Below are positions 36,214 to 45,866 of a stretch of DNA of 64,000 nucleotides, in pieces. A program made the translations under genes and the position numbers. This DNA is from Bacteroidales bacterium (GTDB lineage: Bacteria; Bacteroidota; Bacteroidia; Bacteroidales; Prolixibacteraceae), in the NCBI GenBank assembly GCA_038323575.1, contig JBBQHB010000005.1:13311-77310 (forward strand), read 5' to 3'. Each line of letters opens with the position of its first letter. The first letter of the stretch is position 1. Under the pieces are notes generated by a model. That model searched no databases. It was not told the origin of the DNA and saw only the letters and a program-made list of their open reading frames with translations.

Positions 36214-38811
36214 TTATTCATAACCCAATTCCTCCATAAAACGGTTCAACTCCTGGGTGAAGGAATCCCGTTCAGTCAGGATATCGGTCAGCGTAACGGT
36301 GTATTTGTCGTGGAGTTCTTCCACGGATTGCTGTAATCCGCGGGTATGGGCATCGAGGTAACTATTGATGGTAGAATGCAGGATGGTTAACCAACGATTG
36401 ACGATCAGAGGCTTGGCTTCTTCGGCAGTTATCTGCTCGCGGGACTGTTCCACCGTTTCATTCTTGTATTGTTCGATCAGGCGGATGGTCGAAGCACATG
36501 CCTTGAGTTCATTTTCCAAATCAACATGGCGCTGAATGCCGGCTTCGGCAGTTTTGATCTCCTGCGTCAACGAAAGCAGGGTTGCCTGAAGCTGCGCCAA
36601 CGCTTGTTTCAAGGCAGGTATCCCGGCGCTTTCGAAGACATTTTGGTAAGCCTGAATCCTTTTTTGCAGGCTTTTTGCCTCTTTCTCCTGCTCTTTGAGT
36701 TGCCCGTTCAGTTGCTTGATGGTTGCTTTTATCTCCGAAATCTGGTTTTTGGGAATGACCTGATAATCGGTATCGTTCCATTCTCCATCTTCCAGTTCAG
36801 CTACTTCGGCAAATTGCGCTTCCAACTCCTCCTTGCGGGATTGGCTGGCCCTCAGTTCGGCCAATAATTTTGGGAACTGGCTTTCCAGGATGGCCTCTTC
36901 CGGGATCAGTTCGGCATTCCAGCCACTGGCGGCTACCGATTTGAAATCCGTTTCCAACTCGTTCAGGTATTGTGCGAATGCCCCGCGACTTTGGAATTCG
37001 TCTAACAGCGGATGTTCCAGTCCGGCGGTTTTGCCGGCAAAACTTTGCGACAGGGCCTGGGTAAAATGGTACACTTCTTTGTCTTCGGGTAATTTGTCCA
37101 GCAAGGGTAAGCAATTTTGCCAGAACTCCTCCATCTTGTCTTTGTACAACTGCATGGCTTTTGCATATCCCGCCGAACCGAGTATCACCTCTTTGATCAC
37201 TTCTTTAGAGCCAATTGCTTCACTAAATTGATGGTATCCCTTTTTGCCGTGAACGAAAAGCAACTCTTTCAATCCATCGTAGCAGGCAAAAGCGCTATCC
37301 AGGTTACTGATTTCAGCATCCGGCAGACCACCTTTGAGATGGGCGTGCACATCGTGCGGCGTTGGTTCCGGGGCATTGTCCACATACCTGCGAATGTTGC
37401 AGTTAAATTCTTCGGCTTCCAGCTCTGCCTTGTTTACCAGCCGGCTGTATTTCTGCAGTGTTTTTTTGTGGGTGTAGCAATAGGATATTTTCTCGATGTC
37501 CTCGGGGCGCAGGCTGTTCTGGTTTTTCCCCTCTTTGTATTCGCGGTCGGCATTGATGAAGAATACGCCTTTTCGGTTGACTGCATCGGCTTTGTTGACA
37601 ATCAGGATAGAGGCAGGTATGCCGGTGCCGAAAAACAGTCCGGGCGGCAGTCCGATGATGCACTCCAGGATACCCTGTTCGATCAGCCGTTTCCGCATCC
37701 TTTGCTCCTCGCCTCCGCGGAACAGCACACCGTGTGGCATCACCACCGCCATGCGGCCGTTCTCTTTCAGCGTGGCGATCATGTGCTGCACAAACATAAA
37801 ATCTGCCTGTTTCTTGGCGCTCATCCAGTTCTGGAAACGCTCCTTGAATTTCATGCCGGCAGTGGTATAGTTCTGCGAGAAAGGGGGATTGGCTACCACG
37901 ATATCGTATTTCCGGAGCATACCGTTTTCGACCAGTTTAGGGTCAAGCAGTGTATCGCCCTGCTGGATATTGGCGTTGCGGATGCCATGGAAAATCATGT
38001 TCATCTTGCACATCTTGTAGATGCCGTCTTTCAGCTCCTGTCCATGGATGGTGAGGTTTCGGGCGGTGCCGTAACGGGCTTCCACATAATTGCGCATGTT
38101 AATTACCAATCCGCCGGAGCCGATGGTCGGGTCGCAGATTTCGGCATCGATGGAGGGTTGCAGGATTTTCCCCATCAGTTGTACCACCGGGGATGGGGTA
38201 TAAAATTCGCCGCCTTTCTTTCCGGCGCTTTCGGCAAAGTATTTGATCAGGAACTCGTAGGCGGCGCCCAGCAGGTCGGGAAATTCGAAGTGGTCGTCGG
38301 TTAACTTCCATGAATTGAAGTCTTTCAGCATTTGCGAAAGCACCTCGTCGGAGAGGAGTTTTTCTCCTTTGGAGTTGACTGAATTGAACTTTGTGGTACT
38401 CAATACGCCCTGTAAAATATCGGCATTGGCATCTTCGAGGGCATTCAAAGCTATACTCAAGGCATCCCCGACATTTTCAACGACAGTTGCGATACCAGGC
38501 CACTGTGAAGGAACCGATTCGTCTGCTTTCCACCGCGCTGCCTTTGGGACAAAAAATTCATATTCTTCGGCGTTGTTTTCTTCCAGTTCTGCGGCAAGCT
38601 CCGCTGCGCTCATTTCCGGAAATTCAGACAGCAGATGCTTCTCCCTTTCGGTACGGGCTATTTCGAACTGGTCGTTTACCCGCTTGAGGAAAAGCATCGC
38701 GATGATATAATCTTTGTATTCAGCAGCATCCAAACCGGCTGCCCGAAGATTATCGCATTGCAATTTGAGGAAGGTATTTAACTTGGAAAGGGAGATTTTC
38801 TTGTTGGGCAT
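36214..38811 (-). CDS. hsdM: Type I restriction-modification methyltransferase subunit with long C-terminal coiled-coil extension
   Basis: 865 aa. N-terminal HsdM_N-like helix bundle, AdoMet motif I (DPTIGSGG) and catalytic motif IV (VVANPPFSQ). The last ~350 aa are Glu/Lys/Gln/Leu-rich helical sequence. Confidence 0.95.
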   Translation of the reverse strand: MPNKKISLSKLNTFLKLQCDNLRAAGLDAAEYKDYIIAMLFLKRVNDQFEIARTEREKHLLSEFPEMSAAELAAELEENNAEEYEFFVPKAARWKADESVPSQWPGIATVVENVGDALSIALNALEDANADILQGVLSTTKFNSVNSKGEKLLSDEVLSQMLKDFNSWKLTDDHFEFPDLLGAAYEFLIKYFAESAGKKGGEFYTPSPVVQLMGKILQPSIDAEICDPTIGSGGLVINMRNYVEARYGTARNLTIHGQELKDGIYKMCKMNMIFHGIRNANIQQGDTLLDPKLVENGMLRKYDIVVANPPFSQNYTTAGMKFKERFQNWMSAKKQADFMFVQHMIATLKENGRMAVVMPHGVLFRGGEEQRMRKRLIEQGILECIIGLPPGLFFGTGIPASILIVNKADAVNRKGVFFINADREYKEGKNQNSLRPEDIEKISYCYTHKKTLQKYSRLVNKAELEAEEFNCNIRRYVDNAPEPTPHDVHAHLKGGLPDAEISNLDSAFACYDGLKELLFVHGKKGYHQFSEAIGSKEVIKEVILGSAGYAKAMQLYKDKMEEFWQNCLPLLDKLPEDKEVYHFTQALSQSFAGKTAGLEHPLLDEFQSRGAFAQYLNELETDFKSVAASGWNAELIPEEAILESQFPKLLAELRASQSRKEELEAQFAEVAELEDGEWNDTDYQVIPKNQISEIKATIKQLNGQLKEQEKEAKSLQKRIQAYQNVFESAGIPALKQALAQLQATLLSLTQEIKTAEAGIQRHVDLENELKACASTIRLIEQYKNETVEQSREQITAEEAKPLIVNRWLTILHSTINSYLDAHTRGLQQSVEELHDKYTVTLTDILTERDSFTQELNRFMEELGYE

Positions 38812-38980
38812 ATTGTGTAAAAAGGGATCAAACAGGTTTAATTGGTTACCAAAGTTACCTTTTTTTCCTGAACAACTGCCGATTAGCCAGACAGGTTCAT
38901 TCAGGTGTGAAGGTTCAATTCAATTTCAATTGAGCACGCTATTGCGTGTTCTCAAATATTGCTCACCAATGTGACTTTCA

Positions 38981-39910
38981 TTAAGATTCCGCCGAATCTT
39001 CATGGATTTTCTTAATAAAATAGATCGGCCGGTTTTGGGATTCTTTGTAAATACGGAAGACATATTCTCCCACGATCCCTAAGAAAATCAACTGAATAGA
39101 GCCAAGGAAATAGAGGCTAAGCAAGGTGGATGACCATCCGATAATGGCAAAGCCAAGCATTTTATCCACCAGAACATAAATACCGGCAAACATAAAAACA
39201 ATGGTACCTATGATGCCAAGGTAGAGGCATAACCGGATAGGGAACCTGGAAAAGGAAAAAATGGCGTCGTTGGCCAGGGTAAAGAGTTTGGAAAAGCTCA
39301 TTTTGGGTTCCCCATGCAAACGGTCTTCGCGGATGTATTCAACTGTTCCCTGGTTGAATCCGATGAAGGAGCGCAGACCCGGCAGGTAGCGGACTTTTTC
39401 CTTCATGGAGAGGAGCGCCTGCAATGCATTGCGGGTCATCATGGAGAAGTTGCCTGCATTCTCCAGGTTTTCGATTCCGGCTATGTATTTAAAAATCAGG
39501 TGGAAGATGATGGTATATAAATTGCGTTGACTGCGCCCTTTCCTTCCGGTTCTTTTCCCGCTGACGATGTCAAAGCCTTCGGTTTTGATTTTTTGGTACA
39601 TCTCTGCCAGCAATTCAGGCGGATCCTGAAGATCACCATCCATCATGGCCACAATATCTCCGGTCGAAAACTCCAGTCCGGCGGTAAAAGCTGCCTGGTG
39701 ACCAAAATTTTTAGACAGGGAGATGATCTTGATTTTTTTGTTCGCAGCCCGGTACTGCATAAGTTTCTTTACTGTACCATCTGAACTTCCGTCATCGACA
39801 AACAGTAATTCATAATCGACGACAAAAGATGACACAGCATTGACCGATCTTGTTACCAAATCGTTGATCAGTTGCTCTTCGTTATAAACAGGGATTACCA
39901 GGCTGAACAT
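38981..39910 (-). CDS. GT2 polyprenyl-phosphate glycosyltransferase (ArnC/GtrB-like)
   Basis: Start at ATG 39910 (MFSLVIPVYNEEQ). DxD-type motifs (VDDGSSD, MDGDLQD) and two C-terminal TM helices. Confidence 0.85.
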   Translation of the reverse strand: MFSLVIPVYNEEQLINDLVTRSVNAVSSFVVDYELLFVDDGSSDGTVKKLMQYRAANKKIKIISLSKNFGHQAAFTAGLEFSTGDIVAMMDGDLQDPPELLAEMYQKIKTEGFDIVSGKRTGRKGRSQRNLYTIIFHLIFKYIAGIENLENAGNFSMMTRNALQALLSMKEKVRYLPGLRSFIGFNQGTVEYIREDRLHGEPKMSFSKLFTLANDAIFSFSRFPIRLCLYLGIIGTIVFMFAGIYVLVDKMLGFAIIGWSSTLLSLYFLGSIQLIFLGIVGEYVFRIYKESQNRPIYFIKKIHEDSAES

Positions 39911-40033
39911 CGAGATATGAATTATAAGATATGAATTATAAGTTATGAAGGCGTCCAAACACAAAAGTTAAATTCCTGTGTATGGACGCCTAAAATTACA
40001 AAAATCTGAGCAGCAAACTAATACATTGTCTTG

Positions 40034-41251
40034 TTAAATTTTGCGGGGCCCCTTCATTCTTTCGAGTGTAAATGCTGCCGCCTCCTGCAAGTCGGTGTTT
40101 TTCAACAGTTCCTGAACAGCGGGAATGCAATAGTCAGAACCCATCCATGAAAGTTCCCTCAGGATCAGTTTCTTCCCTTCGACAGAAGCATTCTTGTCCT
40201 TGAGAATTTCCACCATCTGTTTCTCCAAAGCGAGTAAAGCAACAGGATCGGCGCTTGCCAGGCGGATTCTTGCCTGAAGATCCGTGAAGTATTTGGTGCT
40301 TTTATCGATGGTATACGATGAGATTTTCTCCAGGTCATCTGTAAGTGTTACTTCTTTGTAATCGGGTCTCAAAACAGCACAACCCATATTCGGGAAATCC
40401 AGCGGGATGGCCTGGGTGACGTTTCCGCTGGCTGCCCATTCGGCGCCACGCTGGAAAGTCACAATAAATCCGACGCATTCGGTTGCAGGATGGGTCTCAT
40501 CTTTGCCGACATGTCCCAAGGCAGTATGGAAAATTCTTCCTTTTCCGTAAGTGAGGGTCATCAGCATCGGTTCGTCCCTGCCGGTACCTTTCTTTGCAGT
40601 ATCAGCGTAGGCGGTTGCCAGGATTTCCATGTTTTTGGCCGGTCCGCGAAGTTTGCTGTACAGCTCATCTTTACCATGAATCCATGAAGCAGGAAGGCCT
40701 TTCATGATCGGATGATCGGCATTTCTGGTTTTTACAACATATTCGTGCTGTGGTCCGTGTGTCCCACCGGGTCCTGCAGTTGTATCAATTACCAGTTGGT
40801 TTTTCTTGTAGTAAACCATGGGGCCGTCTTTTTCAGAACGTTTGTTCCAGCCTCCAAGTCCTATGATTTCGTTGTACTCTTTCCAATCGGCGAATGAGTT
40901 GTCGGCTTCATGGTAAATGACCACCCCTCCGCCGTTTTTTACGAAGTCAAGGAATGCCGTTTTGGTTTTTTTAGGCCACGAATCGCCGTTGTAGTCGATT
41001 ACGACAATGCTGTACTTTGAGAAATTGGGTTGAAACGTGCTCATATCGCCCTTTTCTTTTGGCGTTTGGGCAATGTCGGTAGTGAACAATTTTGTCTGGT
41101 CCAGAATTGTTTTTAGAATGGGAGCCGATGCCTGCCAATTGTGGTTGCTTTGCCCGGTAATGAGCAGTGCCCTGTAGGCAGTTTTTTCCTGGCATGAATG
41201 GAAGAGAAAGAACCCTGTCAGCAGCAGGAGTATGGCATATGTTTTTTTCAT
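40034..41251 (-). CDS. ThuA-domain protein with C-terminal HEAT-like repeats (exported)
   Basis: Signal/lipoprotein N-terminus (LLTGFFLFHSC), then ALLITGQSNHNWQASAPILKTIL...VVIYHEADNSF, typical of ThuA-like class-I glutamine-amidotransferase-fold proteins. Confidence 0.7.
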   Translation of the reverse strand: MKKTYAILLLLTGFFLFHSCQEKTAYRALLITGQSNHNWQASAPILKTILDQTKLFTTDIAQTPKEKGDMSTFQPNFSKYSIVVIDYNGDSWPKKTKTAFLDFVKNGGGVVIYHEADNSFADWKEYNEIIGLGGWNKRSEKDGPMVYYKKNQLVIDTTAGPGGTHGPQHEYVVKTRNADHPIMKGLPASWIHGKDELYSKLRGPAKNMEILATAYADTAKKGTGRDEPMLMTLTYGKGRIFHTALGHVGKDETHPATECVGFIVTFQRGAEWAASGNVTQAIPLDFPNMGCAVLRPDYKEVTLTDDLEKISSYTIDKSTKYFTDLQARIRLASADPVALLALEKQMVEILKDKNASVEGKKLILRELSWMGSDYCIPAVQELLKNTDLQEAAAFTLERMKGPRKI

Positions 41252-41262
41252 TATAAAGCGAA

Positions 41263-42579
41263 TTAAATTGTTGGTAATTGCCAGGGTTGACGATAAGGAC
41301 GATCGAGCAGACGTGCTGCCATCGGATTGCCGATGATCTCCTCTTTTTCAGGATCCCACTGGATCTTCTGTCCGGTTTGCATAGCGATTTCGCCCAAAAG
41401 TGCCACGGAAATAGCCCTGTATGCTACCTGGATGGGAGCAATGGTATTTTTGCTTCCGGCCCGAACGTTATCCACAAAATTCTGCCAGTGGTTGTCGCTT
41501 TTGATCAGATGAATTTCATTCTCTCCAATCACTTCTTCCAAAATTTTAGGATCGGAAGCGGTGAGGGTATTTCCCCTGTTCACATGAATCCAGCCTTTGT
41601 CGCCGTACCACGTAGTGCCGGAACCTTTTTCCAGGCGAGCCTCGTTGCATACCCTCATTTTTATGCCATTGGCATAGGTACACATAAAGTCATATTCGAC
41701 CGGAACGTTGTAGATTCCTTCTCTTGGATAAACTCCTTCACCAACGATTTCGACGGGTCCGGTATGTTCCAGTCCGGCACCCCAGTTGGCGATATCGATG
41801 TGATGACCGGCCCAGTCGGTCAGCTGACCGCCTGAATATTCTAGGATCCAGCGCCAGTTCCAGTGGCTGACTCCGCGGTAGCCTACTTTTGGAGCGGGAC
41901 CTAACCACATGTCCCAGTTTAGTTCTTTGGGAACATCCTGAACAGGGGGTGTTCCTATGCCTTTGCCTCCGTTTGGAAGTCCGGCTTCAATAAAATTGAT
42001 TTTCCCGATCCTGCCGTTGATGGCGAGTTCGGCTCCTTTGTGGAAATGAGCCTGCGATCTTTGCCAGCTGCCTGTCTGCCAGATGATGTTGTTCTTTTCG
42101 ACGGCTTTCACGATGGTCTGGCCATCACGAATGGTACGGCAGATTGGTTTCTCGCCATAAACGTGCACCTTCTTTTCGGCTGCGGCAGAATAGATGATTC
42201 CATGCCAGTGATCCGGCAGGGCGATGGCTACTGCATCCAGTTTTTCTTTTTCAAGAAATTCGCGGTAGTCGCCATAGGTTCGACAATCGTTGTTGGCATA
42301 GGCAGCATCTGAAAGTTCTTTTGCTTTTTGCAGATTGGAGGAATCTACATCACAAACGGCAACAAATTGTACCTCCTTGTTGAGTTCGAGAAAGTCGCGC
42401 ATGTTGCTTTTGCCCTGGGAACCTGTACCGATGGCGCCCATAACAATCCGGTTGCCGGGTGCCAGTTTACCACCCATCCCCAAAGCTGTTGAAGGGATGA
42501 TCTGTGGAAGAATCAGCGTTCCCACGGATGCAACAGCCGAATTCTTTAAAAAAGCTCTTCTGTTTGATTTAGTAGTCAT
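41263..42579 (-). CDS. TAT-exported Gfo/Idh/MocA family oxidoreductase
   Basis: Twin-arginine signal (SNRRAFLKNSAVAS) and Rossmann motif IVMGAIGTGSQG. Confidence 0.85.
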   Translation of the reverse strand: MTTKSNRRAFLKNSAVASVGTLILPQIIPSTALGMGGKLAPGNRIVMGAIGTGSQGKSNMRDFLELNKEVQFVAVCDVDSSNLQKAKELSDAAYANNDCRTYGDYREFLEKEKLDAVAIALPDHWHGIIYSAAAEKKVHVYGEKPICRTIRDGQTIVKAVEKNNIIWQTGSWQRSQAHFHKGAELAINGRIGKINFIEAGLPNGGKGIGTPPVQDVPKELNWDMWLGPAPKVGYRGVSHWNWRWILEYSGGQLTDWAGHHIDIANWGAGLEHTGPVEIVGEGVYPREGIYNVPVEYDFMCTYANGIKMRVCNEARLEKGSGTTWYGDKGWIHVNRGNTLTASDPKILEEVIGENEIHLIKSDNHWQNFVDNVRAGSKNTIAPIQVAYRAISVALLGEIAMQTGQKIQWDPEKEEIIGNPMAARLLDRPYRQPWQLPTI

Positions 42580-42614
42580 AATTAAGGAATAAATTATTGT
42601 AATGAGTTACTTAA

Positions 42615-42647
42615 GAATTTTCGATTTTGGATTTTCGATTTTGGAAT
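42615..42647. repeat. Tandem copy of dispersed motif (GAATTTTCGATTTTGGA TTTTCGATTTTGGAAT)
   Basis: A direct tandem duplication of TTTTCGATTTTGGA in the intergenic spacer between the two Gfo/Idh/MocA genes. The same motif is found at 20761-20779. Confidence 0.6.
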
Positions 42648-42693
42648 GCCGTATACTTGATCCGAACTTTATTTAAATATACTTGAATTAATT

Positions 42694-44040
42694 TTAAACA
42701 TTTGGAGGTGTTCCGGGTACAGGTACTTCGAATTTCATGTCGACAGGACCAAAATTCAATTCTTTCGGACCGAGCTGCATATCTGATTTCATGATCTCTT
42801 CCCAGGAAACCAGTTGTCCGGTATAGGCAGCGGTCCGGCCCATGATGGCGGTTAGGGTCGAAAGGGCAGTCTGTTCGGCCTGGTTCACATATTCGCCTTT
42901 GCGGATGGCATGCACCAGGTGCATGTGTTCCTGTACGTAAGCCGGAATTTTGAGCTGGCTCATCGTATTCCCGTTTTCGTCTTTCGGATATTCGAACTGC
43001 CATTTGATCTTTCCGTTCAGATCCCAGATGGTATTGACACAGTTGGTATACCCCTCTGTGCCCATCACCATCTCGCCGGTGCGGTTGGTGCAGCTGTCGA
43101 TCTCCCGGCAATAGCTGTGAGAGTTAACGCCATTCCCGTAATCAAAATCGATGTTGAAGAAGTCATACTGATCGCCTGTGACGCGCCTGTGACGGCCGCC
43201 ATTGCCGATGGCGCTGATGGGGGTCTTGCCCATGAACCAATTGATGACATCAATGTTGTGGATGTGGGTATCCAGGATGTGGTCACCGCAGAGCCAGCAA
43301 AAGTTGTTCCAGTTGCGCACCATATAGGTCATGTCGTCCCATCCTGCTTCCCGGGTACGGAACCAGACATGATCCTGGTTCCAGAAGGCCCTGGCTGAGG
43401 TGGGCCGGCCGATGGCACCTGCCTGAACACGTTTGTAGGTTTCGATGTAGTCTTCCTGGTGGCGGCGCTGCGTTCCCGTCACGACGCAGAGACCCAGCGC
43501 CTCTGCCTTCTTCGCGGTAGCAATCAGTGAGCGTATTCCGACAGGGTCTACCGCTACCGGTTTTTCCATGAAGACATGTTTCTTATTCAGTATGGCCTCT
43601 AGAAAATGTTCGGGCCGGAAGCGGGGAGGAGTAGCCAACAGTACAACGTCGAGGTCCAAAATAGCGATCATCTTTTTGTATCCGTCGAAACCGGAGAAGC
43701 AATTTTTTTCCGGAACCTCCAGGTTGAATGATTTGAATCGTTCGCGGAAAGCATCGATTTTGTCCTGGAAGACATCGCATGCCGCTATAATTTCCAGGTC
43801 AGGACCGGCGCTTATAAAGTTGATAGCTGCACCGGTACCCCGGTTGCCGCAACCAACCAATCCGGCACGAAGTTTTCTGCCCTTCGGTGCTCCTTTCAGA
43901 ATGGGAGGAAGTCCGAGCGAGGCATTGGTTGCCTCTTTTTTGCAGGACGAGAGAATGGCGCCAGCTCCGATTACCGTGGCTCCGGCCAAAACGCCTGCTC
44001 CCAAAAATTTTCTTCTGTCTATGTTTTTCCTGTTTTCCAT
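42694..44040 (-). CDS. TAT-exported Gfo/Idh/MocA family oxidoreductase
   Basis: Twin-arginine signal (IDRRKFLGAGVLAGA) and Rossmann motif RAGLVGCGNRGTGA. Confidence 0.85.
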   Translation of the reverse strand: MENRKNIDRRKFLGAGVLAGATVIGAGAILSSCKKEATNASLGLPPILKGAPKGRKLRAGLVGCGNRGTGAAINFISAGPDLEIIAACDVFQDKIDAFRERFKSFNLEVPEKNCFSGFDGYKKMIAILDLDVVLLATPPRFRPEHFLEAILNKKHVFMEKPVAVDPVGIRSLIATAKKAEALGLCVVTGTQRRHQEDYIETYKRVQAGAIGRPTSARAFWNQDHVWFRTREAGWDDMTYMVRNWNNFCWLCGDHILDTHIHNIDVINWFMGKTPISAIGNGGRHRRVTGDQYDFFNIDFDYGNGVNSHSYCREIDSCTNRTGEMVMGTEGYTNCVNTIWDLNGKIKWQFEYPKDENGNTMSQLKIPAYVQEHMHLVHAIRKGEYVNQAEQTALSTLTAIMGRTAAYTGQLVSWEEIMKSDMQLGPKELNFGPVDMKFEVPVPGTPPNV

Positions 44041-44067
44041 TTTATGTATGAATTAGCCCCAAATTTC

Positions 44068-45612
44068 TTATTTCCCTGCCTCCGAAGAGTCTGCTTCACA
44101 TACAATTCTAAAACCAACATCGTTGCTGTCGGAATACCACCATACACTTTTGGGCATCTGCGGATCAGTCATCAGCCATGCCTTGGTCTTGGTGAAATCC
44201 CTGGCTGCGCTTCTTACATCCTTGGCATCACTTTTGAATGATCCTCCGCGGATGACATGCTCCTGACCGTTTTCAGGACCTGCGGGATTGTTGAGTAGCT
44301 CACCGGATGCTGTTTTGTAGGCATTCGGCGCATAAAAATCCGAACAGAACTCAGATACATTGCCAGACATATTTTTCAATCCGAACGGATTAGCATTCAC
44401 TGATACCGGCTCCCGCGTCTTGAACTGACTGTTCTCCTTGTAGATAACATAGGAGTTGATTACAGTCGTGTCGGCGCCAAATACTTTGTGAAGTATCCCG
44501 CTGGCACTGAATTTTTTCGGATTTCCGGGAAAGAAATAGGGTTCTTTTGATCCTCCGCGGCAGGCATATTCCCATTCGGCTTCTGTGGGAAGGCGGTATT
44601 TTTTGCCGGTTTTTTTGGTTAGCCACTGGCAATAAGTGGTGGCGGCTTTCCACGACATGGTGATGGCCGGGCGGGTCCCCTTTCCCCATCCCTGGTCGGG
44701 TGCGCCCCAAGGAGGAGTCGGTCCTGTAATTGCATCTGTGACAGGCTGAACCTTAACCTCTTCTTTCCGGCCCTGGGAGGCAGTAGCCTTGAAAAATTCG
44801 AGGTATTCATCCCAGCTTACTTCCGCTTTCCCCATCCAGAATTTGGATAAATGAACTTTCCTGACAGGGCCTTCATCCTGTTTACGCAGTTCTTCTTTTT
44901 CCGGACTTCCCATCTCAAAACTCCCTTCCGGGATGACTACCATTTCAAAAGTAAGGGTGGTTCCGGGTACTTTTTCGGCAAAATTTTCAAATTTCTCCAC
45001 CTTGGTGGGTTCGGTAAAAAGTTCTTTTGCCACTGTTTCCGTCACGCCGAAATTGGCGTCGTGTGTATGGAGGTTGTTTTTATCGTAATGGCCGACGTTG
45101 AGGTGGCAATTGATACAGTTTGGTTTTGGCACTTCCGTACTGTTGACATATTGGAGGTGCGCGTTGCTGCCGTTGACTGAAAGTGTCACCGGGAAAAGAT
45201 TCTGGTGGCATTTGATGCAAGAGGCTTCATACACATACTTTTTGGCATTTTCCAGGGATTTTTTTGCTTCCCAGTTAAAATCTGCACTGTCCTTGAAGAG
45301 TATGCCATATACATCTTTGAATCCATGATAAGCTTTCGCCGGAAGGTAACCATGACCCTTGGGCGGCAGGTGACATTCGACACAGTGGGTCACAAAGCCG
45401 GATTTGTTGTTGTAATGTTCTGAAAGTCTCCAGTTTTGATCCGGTACCGGATGGATATGACAAGAGACACAATATTTATCACTGGAAGTATATTCCGATA
45501 CTTTGTTAAGTGACAATAAAAAGAGTGAACAGATAAGGATTCCTAGTCCTACCAATAGGAGTCTCAATCTGGTTCCTTTGAATGCGTTGCTCAACTTCAT
45601 TCTGATTTTCAA
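44068..45612 (-). CDS. Fusion of a NapC/NirT-type tetrahaem cytochrome c and an FGE-sulfatase (SUMF1-like) domain
   Basis: N-terminal TM anchor, then four CxxCH haem motifs (CVSCH, CVECH, CIKCH, CINCH) in about 190 aa. The C-terminal ~300 aa is an FGE-like domain (WDEYLEFF..., LPTEAEWEYACRGG, NVSEFCSDFY, VIRGGSF). There is no Cys pair after RGGS. Confidence 0.8.
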   Translation of the reverse strand: MKIRMKLSNAFKGTRLRLLLVGLGILICSLFLLSLNKVSEYTSSDKYCVSCHIHPVPDQNWRLSEHYNNKSGFVTHCVECHLPPKGHGYLPAKAYHGFKDVYGILFKDSADFNWEAKKSLENAKKYVYEASCIKCHQNLFPVTLSVNGSNAHLQYVNSTEVPKPNCINCHLNVGHYDKNNLHTHDANFGVTETVAKELFTEPTKVEKFENFAEKVPGTTLTFEMVVIPEGSFEMGSPEKEELRKQDEGPVRKVHLSKFWMGKAEVSWDEYLEFFKATASQGRKEEVKVQPVTDAITGPTPPWGAPDQGWGKGTRPAITMSWKAATTYCQWLTKKTGKKYRLPTEAEWEYACRGGSKEPYFFPGNPKKFSASGILHKVFGADTTVINSYVIYKENSQFKTREPVSVNANPFGLKNMSGNVSEFCSDFYAPNAYKTASGELLNNPAGPENGQEHVIRGGSFKSDAKDVRSAARDFTKTKAWLMTDPQMPKSVWWYSDSNDVGFRIVCEADSSEAGK

Positions 45613-45866
45613 TCTATTAATTTCAATTTTTGTGTTTCAATGAGGAATCCTGCGGAGTCTGATACCTGAAACGTCATTGACAAACTCCATGAATATGTTG
45701 CAAAAAGCACACAAATATTTTTTGTCAGCGTACCCCTGTAATCTTTTTTAATTTAATAGTAGCAGTGATCAGTGTCCTTCAAATCAATCTCAAAAATAGC
45801 GTTAATATTAATTCCTCAATAATCAAATGGTTATAAATTTAATATTTCAATATAATAGTCAACAAT

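Noticed and set aside
37117-38304. 395-aa ORF on the plus strand, plus 36469-36867, 36833-37231 and 38315-38710.
   Set aside because: They lie entirely antisense to or inside the strongly supported hsdM reading frame. Composition is low-complexity and Val/Gly/Phe/His-rich with no recognisable motifs. These are typical shadow ORFs.
28153-38980. Calling the R-M block a bona fide mobile element or integrative island.
   Set aside because: No integrase, transposase, tRNA target or flanking direct repeats could be found by eye. It is reported only as a probable insertion on the basis of the split GT39/GT2 pair.
42611-43111. 166-aa minus-strand ORF ending ...NRKSKIENS.
   Set aside because: It overlaps the 3' end of the well-supported Gfo/Idh/MocA gene in another frame. 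Its tail is just the translated TTTTCGATTTTGGA repeat.
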